Shown: positions 21,048 to 30,853 of the stretch, one piece after another | How positions within the stretch are numbered: the first letter of the stretch is position 1 | Layout of the letters: every line of letters begins with the position of its first letter | Virus record (IMG/VR): IMGVR_UViG_3300042541_001760 | Span: 124,001-188,000 of that record | Direction: 5' to 3' (one strand) | DNA: 64,000 bases | Translations under genes and position numbers: made by a program | Notes under the pieces: model-generated | What the model was told of the DNA's origin: nothing | Database searches by the model: none | What the model saw: only the letters and a program-made list of their open reading frames with translations

Positions 21048-21915
21048 TGTTGATAACTTTATATGTCTGACACTATGTCAGGGGGTCATTTTGTTGATAA
21101 CTATATCTAAAATAACTTGTTTATGTCATAATGTCAGTCGGGGTTGAGATAGGGGATAATCCCCACGACAACGCTTCACAAGGTTTTTGTCTCCCACTTT
21201 CTACCACAAATATAGTAGAAATGGTTACTACATATCCGTGAAGGGTATTTTTCCCCTCTGACGCTATCTGTATGACCACTTTTTTAACTACATACATTTC
21301 CCAGCAAAAAAATACACCCTTACAGGAGTATCGGCGGGAAGACACATTTATGTGTTGTTGTAATAATTACTATATAATCTTCAACGGATATCGTCAGATC
21401 CACCCATTAATAACACCTCAATAATACACCATTCATTCGTCCTTGTCAATAAATCCCCCCTTATTAATTTACTATATCCTTTAACATATAAAAAACCATT
21501 TATGGTTACCATTATATCCATTCACATATAAATTACTTAATTGATTATCTTATACCCCTTCATCATTAAATCCCCTCAAATGGGTCGATTCACACCCCTT
21601 TGGGTATAGTGGAAAATATTTTCCAAAAACAACGTTTTAGTGGAAAAAAAGTGTATTATATGACACTTTTATATGTTTATATAAGTTTATTTTTATAAAA
21701 ACCACTTGAAAGTGCAATTAAATACACTATTCGATGGGTATATTAATAACCCACCATAATGATTTACAAGAGTCCTTAATATGGACAACTTAATTGGTGT
21801 GGTAATATGTGGGGGTTTTAAGGTAAAGTATGAACGAACTTAAACGAGGTTTTGTGACCCCTTTTTTGGGGGAACAACTACCGAAGATGGGGTGAGTGAA
21901 TGATTTACCTTAAAA

Positions 21916-22926
21916 TCAAACAGCCCTAAGAGCCTCTGCGGTATCAGGTCCTACAAATCCATCAATAACTAAATCGTTTGCATCTTGGAACTCCTTAACC
22001 GCCGCAAGTGTTTTTTTGCCGAATGTTCCGTGACATTGTTTGTAGTCTTGTTTACACGCCTCGTTATCTTTTGCCAACTGAAATGCGGTGGTAAGTTGTC
22101 CACTGTTTAAAAGTGCTGATTGGATTCGTCTTACAATATCTCCTTTCATTCCATATTTAACGTATTTGTTACTATACGTTAAATCCTGTAAATCTAAATC
22201 AGTGGTACCTCTTCCTGTGGTTTTGGTTGATTTTCTATCTTTTTCGAAGGTAATTTTATTACCATCTAATACGTATTCTTTACTAAATGAACCATTTCCA
22301 TATGAAACGAATACTTCATAGCCAACTATATCTATACGTTTAACTTTGTTATCGGGATTTTTACTCTTAAAAACTAATTCGGGTAGGATTTCTTTGATTT
22401 GGTTACCACCTTCTAAATATATATTTAAATTAATTAAATAAGCATCATATCCCTCTAAACTATTATTTTCATAGAACTCGTAAAATTTAGGGTAGTTCCC
22501 GTCTCCTTTGGATACAAGGTTTTTATCAAGTTTTCCGTTAACGACACTTTGAACTATAGTTTTAATGGTTTCAATCTTTGTTGTATTATTTATATTGTTA
22601 ATACTAAAAAAGGTATTATCATCTTTAAGATAGTTATTGGGTAATTTTGAATCTATCTTATCGATGAATATCTCCACCTCATTAGTATCTCTTCTTAATA
22701 AAAGATTATAGTTACTACCATTACCCCCAAATAATTGATTACCGTTTTTTATATTATAATTAGATTCATCTAATTTTTCTAAATCTAATCCCAAGTTAGT
22801 TACAATCTGATTAAATTCAGGAGTACCTGTTACGGTTTCATCTTCTGTAATTAATGGTCTAACATCACCCATTGTTGACTCCAATAGGTTATAAAATCTG
22901 TTTTTGTATTCATTAATAATATCCAT
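21916..22926 (-). CDS. Peptidoglycan-binding domain protein with leader
   Basis: C-terminal VKYGMKGDIVRRIQ...G.FGKKTLAAVKEFQ...DGFVGPDT (PG_binding_1); leader ending PLITE. Confidence 0.8.
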   Translation of the reverse strand: MDIINEYKNRFYNLLESTMGDVRPLITEDETVTGTPEFNQIVTNLGLDLEKLDESNYNIKNGNQLFGGNGSNYNLLLRRDTNEVEIFIDKIDSKLPNNYLKDDNTFFSINNINNTTKIETIKTIVQSVVNGKLDKNLVSKGDGNYPKFYEFYENNSLEGYDAYLINLNIYLEGGNQIKEILPELVFKSKNPDNKVKRIDIVGYEVFVSYGNGSFSKEYVLDGNKITFEKDRKSTKTTGRGTTDLDLQDLTYSNKYVKYGMKGDIVRRIQSALLNSGQLTTAFQLAKDNEACKQDYKQCHGTFGKKTLAAVKEFQDANDLVIDGFVGPDTAEALRAV

Positions 22927-22989
22927 AATATTGTTTTATATATAAATATAATGATTCATATTAAACAACACCACGATATATTTATTGTT

Positions 22990-23298
22990 ATGATTGAAAA
23001 ATATGATAATATAATCCGTAAAGTTATCTTGAGAAAGTACCCCTTAATAACTGATGTTAAAGTTAATGACGAATATGAAGGATGGGGTTATCCATTTATT
23101 GGTAATTCTTATGTTGTATTATATAAAACGGAAGAATGTTTACCTGATGAAATGATGCGGAAGATTGATAAGGACACCAAATCATTGGTAAAATATTTTC
23201 CTAATGGTAGTCCCCTAAATATTACTCACGACGCAAAATGTTATTTTGATTGTGGGAATGGTTATGAATTCCGTGGGGGTTTAGGTTATAAACATTAA
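22990..23298 (+). CDS. Hypothetical protein
   Basis: ORF; TATTTATT immediately upstream of Met 22990. Confidence 0.55.
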   Translation: MIEKYDNIIRKVILRKYPLITDVKVNDEYEGWGYPFIGNSYVVLYKTEECLPDEMMRKIDKDTKSLVKYFPNGSPLNITHDAKCYFDCGNGYEFRGGLGYKH

Positions 23299-23329
23299 AT
23301 AACCCCACCATCTGTATAGTCGCAATGTT

Positions 23330-23701
23330 TTATCGGGTATCACGTAATTTAACACACATTTCATAGTTTTCATTATCTATACATTCTTGAAGTGCTTTTT
23401 CACGTTGTTTTTTTATTATAAATTGCTCTAAATCATTTTCGTACTCTTTTATTTGATTTTCTTTAAAAATTGATAAATACTCATCAAAATATTCTATCAT
23501 AGTATTATCAGAGATAAAAAAATTTGAACAAACAATAGCAAAATCATGTTTAACTGAATCTATTGAATATGATTCTGATGGTTCTTCCCATAAATCAAAT
23601 TCAGTTCTGTCATAATTTTCTTTAATATGTTTGATTAATAATGATAACTTATCAATAAAATATTTAGGTGCGTTTGGACAAAATTCATTCATATACTCCA
23701 T
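23330..23701 (-). CDS. Hypothetical protein with C-terminal UVR-like motif
   Basis: ALQECIDNENYEMCVKLRD. Confidence 0.5.
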   Translation of the reverse strand: MEYMNEFCPNAPKYFIDKLSLLIKHIKENYDRTEFDLWEEPSESYSIDSVKHDFAIVCSNFFISDNTMIEYFDEYLSIFKENQIKEYENDLEQFIIKKQREKALQECIDNENYEMCVKLRDTR

Positions 23702-23945
23702 ACTTTAAATATGATATTATTAATTGGTAATGTCAAATTTCAACCGCACCAGTATCGTCATATCTCAAGGTCGGCTCCACTATTGCACCCGTAGATGTGT
23801 TTCTCAGCCTCTGACGTATCCTGATATACTGTAGTTGTGCAGTATAGATGGTTTTTGTCACGGTACCACCAACCTCATCACCCTTCTTTAGGGGGTCTGC
23901 GCAGTCTCACCTATTTCAGAGGATAATACACCTCACCTGCCGTTG

Positions 23946-24071
23946 TAGTCAGGACAGGATTCGAACCTGCATCGCTTCCGCACTTCTGCGTTGATACCCT
24001 TTTTATTTAATGTGAGGGTTGGAAATACCTCATTACAGTTTTTCATCGTCTTCCATTTCCGCCACCTGACT
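23946..24071 (-). ncRNA. tRNA-like RNA (Leu-type D arm) with 76 nt expanded anticodon/variable region
   Basis: AGTCAGG/CCTGACT plus A; TG-GCGG-AAATGGAA-GACG; T arm GCAGG-TTCGAAT-CCTGT; the insert has hairpins TGAGG/CCTCA and CGCA-GAAG-TGCG but no canonical 7 nt anticodon loop. Confidence 0.75.
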
Positions 24072-24426
24072 ATAATCCTTTTCTCATTATTTCACTGTGG
24101 TAATTCTTTAATTTACTAATTCTATTTATTAACGTAGTACAAACGAATCTACCAAAACTTCTTTTAGTATAGTCAAACTTAATTTGTGTTCCCGTACTAG
24201 TCCCTGCGAATTTTGTATAACCTTTACCCCAATTCATTCCATTATCCACAACATCATACACTGAGAAAATGACATTTGTTTTTGTAACCTTATGGAGGGT
24301 AACAATTACTTCGTGTAATGGGCTATATAACGATTGCTTACTATTAACCTCTCTTGGATTACTAACATATCCGTAAATGTTTCTTAGTTCGTCAAGAATA
24401 TTATCTACCATTTCTGTCTCGTTCAT
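24070..24426 (-). CDS. Hypothetical protein whose TAG stop overlaps the tRNA-like 5' end
   Basis: ORF behind promoter 24451-24482; start moved to Met 24426. Confidence 0.6.
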   Translation of the reverse strand: MNETEMVDNILDELRNIYGYVSNPREVNSKQSLYSPLHEVIVTLHKVTKTNVIFSVYDVVDNGMNWGKGYTKFAGTSTGTQIKFDYTKRSFGRFVCTTLINRISKLKNYHSEIMRKGL

Positions 24427-24450
24427 AGTGTCGTCGTTTTTAGTACACAT

Positions 24451-24482
24451 CAAAGATACAATTAATATTTGAATCCACCAAA
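24451..24482 (-). promoter_or_regulatory. Bacteroidota-type promoter (repeat copy)
   Basis: TTTG-N20-TATCTTTG; near-identical to 19943-19974 and 24964-24995. Confidence 0.7.
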
Positions 24483-24501
24483 CATCCGTATAAAATAAAT
24501 G

Positions 24502-24716
24502 TAGTCAGGACAGGATTCGAACCTGCATGAGATGAGGAGTCAACTTAACTATCTCCTACGCTTCCCTTGTATATTTCTACAGACATTACTGTCGGGCATC
24601 TCTAACCTAGATAATGTAGCGTCTACCAAGAAATAACATTGACCTCGTTGTGGATTTTCACCACTATTAGTTAATCTTCCGATACGAGGTTAATTAAATC
24701 ATTCCGCCACCTGACT
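24502..24716 (-). ncRNA. tRNA-like RNA with 73 nt insertion in the D loop and 92 nt anticodon/variable region
   Basis: Same acceptor and T arms as 23946-24071; GGCGGAA and TGGTAGACGC halves of the D arm are separated by a structured insert (AACCTCGT/ACGAGGT stem, GGAA tetraloop). Confidence 0.7.
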
Positions 24717-24719
24717 ATT

Positions 24720-24941
24720 TTATTCTAACTCTTTTATCATTTTCAATATCTTATCAATACTCTCAATGACTTTGAAACCACCGTTATTGTGGGTTGTTAC
24801 ACCAACCAAAGTATGAGCGACTGTCTGTTCAAGTCGGCCGTATTTGTACTTTTCAGTTACTTCGTATATATGCCCGATAAATGCAGGATTAATGAAGATT
24901 GTTGATTTGTCCTGTAAACTCGTGAGTTTAATGAATTTCAT
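24720..24941 (-). CDS. FlbD-like small protein
   Basis: MKFIKLT...FINP..I..I...KVIESIDKI; a similar protein lies at 27587-27784. Confidence 0.5.
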   Translation of the reverse strand: MKFIKLTSLQDKSTIFINPAFIGHIYEVTEKYKYGRLEQTVAHTLVGVTTHNNGGFKVIESIDKILKMIKELE

Positions 24942-24963
24942 ATCTATCGTTTTTAGTACACAC

Positions 24964-24995
24964 CAAAGATACAATTAATATTTGAATCTGCCAAA
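24964..24995 (-). promoter_or_regulatory. Bacteroidota-type promoter (repeat copy)
   Basis: TTTG-N20-TATCTTTG. Confidence 0.7.
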
Positions 24996-25409
24996 CACCA
25001 AAGTTTTAATATCCCGTCTCTTTTCCCCAACTTTCTGAATTATTTATTTCTTTTCCTATCATCGCAGCCATATATCCCTTGATATAGAAATACTTATCAT
25101 TCTCTGTACATCCATCACATCCCTCCCAAGAATTTTCCGCCATCTTTTGGTAATCGGATGTCTTTACTTCTTTATCACTTTTGTCAGGTATTATGTTTAC
25201 TAACTTAGCATAGGGAACTCTATTACTTAGGTATTCCTTAACTACCACATCTACATGGATGATTTCAAACTCAATATCTCTTGTGAATGATGAAGTGAAG
25301 ACTGACTTCACCATTTCCACATCTTTTGGATGGAGTGGTAATCTACTATTATTAAATGCTTGGGGGTAATCCACCATCCATCCTTCTTCTGTTTTATGTA
25401 AAAATCCTT

Positions 25410-26471
25410 TCATTTGTTGTAAGTTTTGTTATAATAGTCGTTTCCATCTTCATAGGTAATATCAGTCCATTCAGATTCACCGATCTCATAAGCCTCAATT
25501 ATCTGACCCTTCTCCATTATTTTGGCAAAGTCAAACGCAACTGTATTCTTAATATCTATGTGGGTGTGGTAGGTTTCTAATTCCTCCACCAACCATTCTA
25601 CTGCGGTTCGTTTTTCCATTCTTTCCATTTTTCAAAATCTTTTAATTCTTCCATCTGAGCCTTCTCCATTTCTTTAGCCTTTTCAAAGTATGGATTTAAG
25701 TCCACTGTTTCTCTAAATGAAGACCATCTTTGCCCAAACCCATCGTCATATGTTATTTCTTCTAATAACCACTCAACTGCCGTTTGCTTTTTAGTTTCCA
25801 TAAATGTAGTCGTAGTATTCTTCTTCTGATGTGTTTCCACCTCTGAAAATATAAGAATCGTATTCCTCTAAAAAATTCATTACGTGTTGTTTCTCCATTG
25901 CTTTGGCTTGCTGAATTTCATCATCTGTTACTACTTGAGAAAATCCTTGCTTGTTTAATTGGCTAACCAACCACTCAACTGCCGTTTGCTTATTTTCCAT
26001 ATTAGTATTTTTCAAAACTGTCTTCTAATTCTTTGAGTTCTTGAGTTAAATTTTTGTGATGTGATTTTAATATTTTATTAGTTAATTCTTTATCGTAAAA
26101 TTCATATTCTCTTTTGTTAAATGAACCACGAGAAGTTCCTGATATTTTACAACTAACTCCACAACTTTTGGAAAGTGAATCAATCACATTTAATTTTATT
26201 TTTATATTCTCAATTTTTGATTCGAGTTCCTTCAACTCCTTTAATTTTTCCTGTGTCATTTGGATTTTATATATTTAATGTAATTTTCTAAATGATTTGG
26301 GTTATTATCAAGACCTCTATTATATCCCGCCATATAAGCGAATCTAATTTTACTTTCTTCTATGTTTTCTTCCATCTTTTTGGCTTGTTCAAATAATGAT
26401 GTGGGAATAAAATCAATCCCCTCCTCAATTTTCAATTGTTCAACCAACCACTCAACTGCCGTTTGTTTCAT
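25410..26471 (-). repeat. Tandem family of four small KQTAVEWL proteins (25410-25628, 25598-25801, 25791-26000, 26256-26471)
   Basis: Shared TAVEWL start and AKxME motif; 20 nt repeat AACCACTCAACTGCCGTTTG at 25767, 25969, 26446 and a variant at 25591. Confidence 0.8.
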
Positions 26472-26478
26472 ATTTTTT

Positions 26479-27237
26479 CTATTTCTTTTTAAATTGTTCA
26501 AACCATTCATTAAAATCAGAAGAGTTTTTTGCAGCCATCCAAGCAGCTCTTAAATCTTCCTTACTATAACTTCTTTCTTGTTGCCATTTAATTATTTCTT
26601 TACAAACAGCAATCATTAACATTCCATTTGGAGTAGTAGTTTCAAATGATTTTGTATCTGCTCTTGTTTCATAACCAAAATTTGGTGCTAAATTCTCATA
26701 AGTATTATGAAATAAAATAGCTAATTGAACTTCTTCAAGTGTTTCTTGTTTAGGCTCTTCATATATCCCCAATTCTTCATCTCCTCTCATCATGTCAATA
26801 AGATGTTGCTTTTGCTCTTCTTGTGGAATGATTCTTAATTTATATTCCCAACTTTTATCTAATGGGTAATTCCAATTTTTGTCAACCTTAACCTTCTCAC
26901 AACTTGGATTCTTAACAAACCACTCTAAGAACTCATTATCGATATCTTGTACACCATCTTTGATTAAGTCTTGGTCTGTTGTTAGGATGATTTTTTTACT
27001 TAAATGAAAAAGTTCATTATCACCTCTTCCTATCTTAAAAACTTTATTATTATAAATAACCCAATCTCCTTCTTTAATATCTTCATCAGAAGTGATGTAG
27101 ATGTGTCGGTTTGTGTAAGAATCATTTTTACTTACAATATAACTTTGTACTAATCCTAATACAAAGTTAAAATTGGATCCAATTCTTAACCTACTTGGTT
27201 TATCTGTTGGCAATACATATATGTTTTTCATATCCAC
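26479..27237 (-). CDS. Modular hypothetical protein (MKNIYVLPTDKPSRL type) with ETLEE...FNEWFEQFKKK tail
   Basis: C-terminal module shared with 29473-29751 at protein and DNA level. Confidence 0.6.
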   Translation of the reverse strand: MDMKNIYVLPTDKPSRLRIGSNFNFVLGLVQSYIVSKNDSYTNRHIYITSDEDIKEGDWVIYNNKVFKIGRGDNELFHLSKKIILTTDQDLIKDGVQDIDNEFLEWFVKNPSCEKVKVDKNWNYPLDKSWEYKLRIIPQEEQKQHLIDMMRGDEELGIYEEPKQETLEEVQLAILFHNTYENLAPNFGYETRADTKSFETTTPNGMLMIAVCKEIIKWQQERSYSKEDLRAAWMAAKNSSDFNEWFEQFKKK

Positions 27238-28400
27238 TCCTTATCTTTTAAGTATTGTAAAAACGCCATTAAGAATTTAATATCTTCACTTCCCAAATCA
27301 GGTAATTCTTTCCACGATCCAGAATCGTATTCTAAAATACCTCTCATCCAATTGTTATTATCCCAATTATCTTCCTTCCAAGGTTTGCTTCTTTTATCGG
27401 TAACTTTAATATCAACACCCTCATAAAAACCACCTTTATCATTACCAATTCTTGTTGCTTCATAAGAAAAGTTGGTGTTTTCCACATGACATCCATGCGT
27501 TTCCATAACATCCAATTTAATTGGTTCATCGTTTTGGTTGTCCTCTTTGACATACCAAACTCCGTCTATTTGAATCCTATCTTTAATCATAACCATCGTT
27601 GTTGTTCTTTGTTAATAATTTGCATTACTTCTTCTTGCGATTCTTTTACGTTATAAGTTCCTCTTACGGTTTGTATTCTTACGGTTTGTATTGTTGCGGT
27701 ACCACCAATATCAACAATATTTCTTATATTGATGTATACAGGAAGGTCTGTACTTGTAGTTAATTTAATGAATATTTCTTTCATTGTTGTTTCGTTTTTA
27801 CAATTTCTATTAATTTTTTAAGACAAGCAAGTTCTGCTTCTTCGTATGTATCTAACCCAGGTCGAGATGGATGCCATTTACCATTAATACTATAAACGTA
27901 ATATCTTTTGTGGTCATATCCTTTTCCTTCTACAACGCCAAATAAATCATACTTCTCTCTAAACCATCTAAATGCTTGTGAGAATGTTGGTGCAGTTACA
28001 ACTATTTTATTTGGATTATCAATATCATGATTACTAAGAGTATGAAAACCAAATCTTTGATAGTATGGTTCAACACCACCTAATTCTTCCATACCTAAAT
28101 TAATACCCCTGAGTTCACCATCAACATAATATCCAAAACAAGGTTCATCAAATCCTAATTCTTTTAAAGCAAATGCTTGTTCGTACGGGATGAAGTCTTT
28201 CATAGTTATTTAATATCTTCGTTAATTGATTCCACAGGTTGTTCCCAAGTTCTACAAAAGAAGTATTCACCCAAGTTGTCTATTTCTTTTTGTGGATATC
28301 CTTCTTCCACAAGCCACTTCAATTGGTCATTAATTCTATCATCAGGAATTGGTTTAGGAAATCCGTATTTCCATCCTGAAGGGGGATCTATCATTTTCAT
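27228..28400 (-). CDS. Four short hypothetical genes (27228-27596, 27587-27784, 27781-28203, 28206-28400)
   Basis: Overlapping stop/start operon-like ORFs. Confidence 0.6.
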
Positions 28401-28468
28401 ATGTCAAAGATATACAAAATATTTGACATAAAAAAACCCCATCATTATTTTGTGGGGTTTTAATTGTA

Positions 28469-29002
28469 TTATTCTCCGATCCAAGCCTTTATTTTAACTT
28501 TTCTCCATTTCTTATAGTTATTCGTACCATCCGAACCTAAAGAAAGTATTGACATTGTTCTATGCCAACCCTCCATTAAATCATATCCCTTATTTGTTTT
28601 TATTAAGATGACAGGTTCGTTATTACCTTCACCATATTTATCCATAAGTTCTTTTTGTTTCTCATTTCTTTGGATATCGTTCGGAACTCCTTCCTCTTCC
28701 TTTTGTCCCATTTTTCTTCTAACCATATCTCTCTGTGATGACTTAGTGAAGTCGGATATGTTAACCGTAATAACTTTCTTGCTCCATTGTAGGTCTATGA
28801 AATCCTCAAATTGCTCGTAAATATCATCGTCATCCGCACCTTCATTAGATAACCTCTCAAACTCTGTCTTGAAGAATCCATCCTTTACATAAAATAACTC
28901 CTTGAAAACATATTCTGGTGTTGAGTCAAAGAAGGGTCTCATCTCGGAGTATGTACCCTTATCTCTTATCTCTTTTAATACTTTCTTTATTAAACCTCTC
29001 AT
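28469..29002 (-). CDS. ParB/Srx-like domain protein with leader
   Basis: EPVILI...YDLMEGWHRT motif; MRGLIKKVLKE leader; TATTTATT upstream. Confidence 0.6.
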   Translation of the reverse strand: MRGLIKKVLKEIRDKGTYSEMRPFFDSTPEYVFKELFYVKDGFFKTEFERLSNEGADDDDIYEQFEDFIDLQWSKKVITVNISDFTKSSQRDMVRRKMGQKEEEGVPNDIQRNEKQKELMDKYGEGNNEPVILIKTNKGYDLMEGWHRTMSILSLGSDGTNNYKKWRKVKIKAWIGE

Positions 29003-29758
29003 AATGTAATAAATACCCACATATCATTAATTACTTCTTTATGTGATGGTATATCCATTAATTTTTTTCGTTAATTCGTTTCAACAACTTTGATATGATA
29101 TCATCATTGAATTTTATTACCTTTGTATTCTTATTTATGTTCTCTTTGTTACCTCTTGGTTTCTGTGGATTCTTAGATTTTCCCATGATTAGTGTTTTAC
29201 CATAAATATTACAACTTACAGTAATTAACTAATAATTTCAATTTCGTCCATCTTATATCTTACACCACTACTAGAAATTACGCAGTATATATCCTCTTTA
29301 TCGTATTCTCTATGAAATGGTATTGTCCCTTTGTGAGTTTCTATGAATTTTATTGGTTCTCCAAGACCTTTTACACGTACGTGACTCTTTACCACATCAG
29401 CAATTTCATCGGTCCAATCGGATAATCCTGAATATTTGGACTTGTATTTGAATTTACAACCTATGAGATGTTTCATTTATTTTTAAATTGTTCAAACCAT
29501 TGATTGAATTCTTCTTCAAATGTTTCTTCTATATTAGGATTGTTACCTTGGGCGTACTCTCCATTCCAACCTTCTCCTGTTGATTTGATTGCTGAGAAAT
29601 AAGCAGTTTTTAAATCTTCCTCACTATACATTCTTTCTTCTTGCCATTTAGCACCATTGAAGAAATCATTTGCCGAACCTACATAACCATAAGGTATTGG
29701 ATAATCTATATTACCATAAGATGCCGCTGCTTCTTCAAGTGTTTCTTTCATAACTTTT

Positions 29759-29977
29759 TTATTTTAAACTACGGATGATGTCAAATATTTGTGAGTCGGC
29801 CTTCATAAGCAAACTCTTATTAAAATCAAATGGAACTTCATATGTGTATGTTCGGGTTAAGATTCTTCCCGTCCCATTACACTTACCACAAACATTATTA
29901 TCAAACTCATTTGTAATACGTTCTCTGACGATTAACTCACCATTACCACTACAATTAGGACATATCTTGATTTCCAT
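29759..29977 (-). CDS. Small DnaJ-type zinc-finger protein
   Basis: CPNCSGNG and CGKCNGTG. Confidence 0.65.
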   Translation of the reverse strand: MEIKICPNCSGNGELIVRERITNEFDNNVCGKCNGTGRILTRTYTYEVPFDFNKSLLMKADSQIFDIIRSLK

Positions 29978-30021
29978 AGGTTAGTTTTTTAGTTTGTGTT
30001 TCACAAAGGTAATGATAATTT

Positions 30022-30550
30022 TTAACTTTTCCTATGTAAGACAAAAGTTTTTATTCCGAACATATTTAGGTAATGGGTCAGAACTTCTCTGAGATTACCA
30101 CTATATTTATACCCTGGTTGTATAACATAAATCACCCTAAGAGCGTTTTTAGATTGGATCATATCATCCAATTTTATTTCGTAATTACCACTATAACCAT
30201 CAACTTTAATGACTTTACCGATTAGTGATTTTTTAGCCAACTCTATGTTCATAACTTTATTTTTTGTAAACCTACAAAAAATAATTGACATTACCAAATT
30301 ATTCAGAAGAGTCAACGTATATAATAAAATTAACAATACCAAACATATTTAAATGGTATTTTAGTACTTCACGAATATAACTCGCACTTGAGAATTTATC
30401 TTTTTCAAATCGTATTATGATTTCATACTTGTCGTCATGCGGTAATTTTATTATCGCCATTATTAATAAATAATATTCGCCAAATATCTTATCATTTATC
30501 TTAAAGACCTTATCTTTGACGTATTTCTTGGCAATATCAACATTTGTCAT
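30022..30550 (-). CDS. Tandem paralog pair of small proteins
   Basis: Both have AKK...KV.K...REVL..xLNMFGI. Confidence 0.6.
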
Positions 30551-30853
30551 AACTTTTTTCTATTGGCGATAAGAAGTATTGCGTATATAACCGAAACTAC
30601 ACCCCAAATATATAGTAATACCTCCATCTTAGTTTCAGAATATTAACTTAGCCTTACCATCAATAACATCGTAGGAGAAGAATTTAAACTCGTGGTCTTT
30701 TTGATTAATCTTATCAATACTCTCAGGATGTAATGGAAGTTCCAAATCGTATTTCACATTCTCATCTATCCAATAATTTTGACTCTTTAATATCTTCCAA
30801 GTAAATTCATTTCCCTTCTTAATTTTTCTTAATACTCCCTTCATAATACGTTT

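Noticed and set aside
19761-21345. ORFs 19761-20003, 20093-20314 and 21121-21345
   Set aside because: They overlap promoters, the tRNA-like RNA, another gene or motif-rich non-coding DNA and have atypical composition; likely spurious
23742-23790. Group II intron domain V (GAGCCG...CGGTT)
   Set aside because: Ends resemble DV but the internal stem, GNRA loop and AY bulge do not fit, and no other intron domains or IEP are present
23880-23945. Theta/HDV-like ribozyme 3' of the tRNA-like element
   Set aside because: A TCCTC loop-like motif is present but no consistent P1/P2 pseudoknot pairing could be built
23933-24046. 37 aa ORF (MKNCNEV...CRFESCPDYNGR) through the tRNA-like element
   Set aside because: Reads through the T arm and acceptor stem; probably incidental
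23946-24716. tmRNA or canonical tRNA-Leu calls for the tRNA-like elements
   Set aside because: No G3-U70 Ala identity, too short for tmRNA, no recognisable tag frame, and no 5 bp stem with 7 nt anticodon loop
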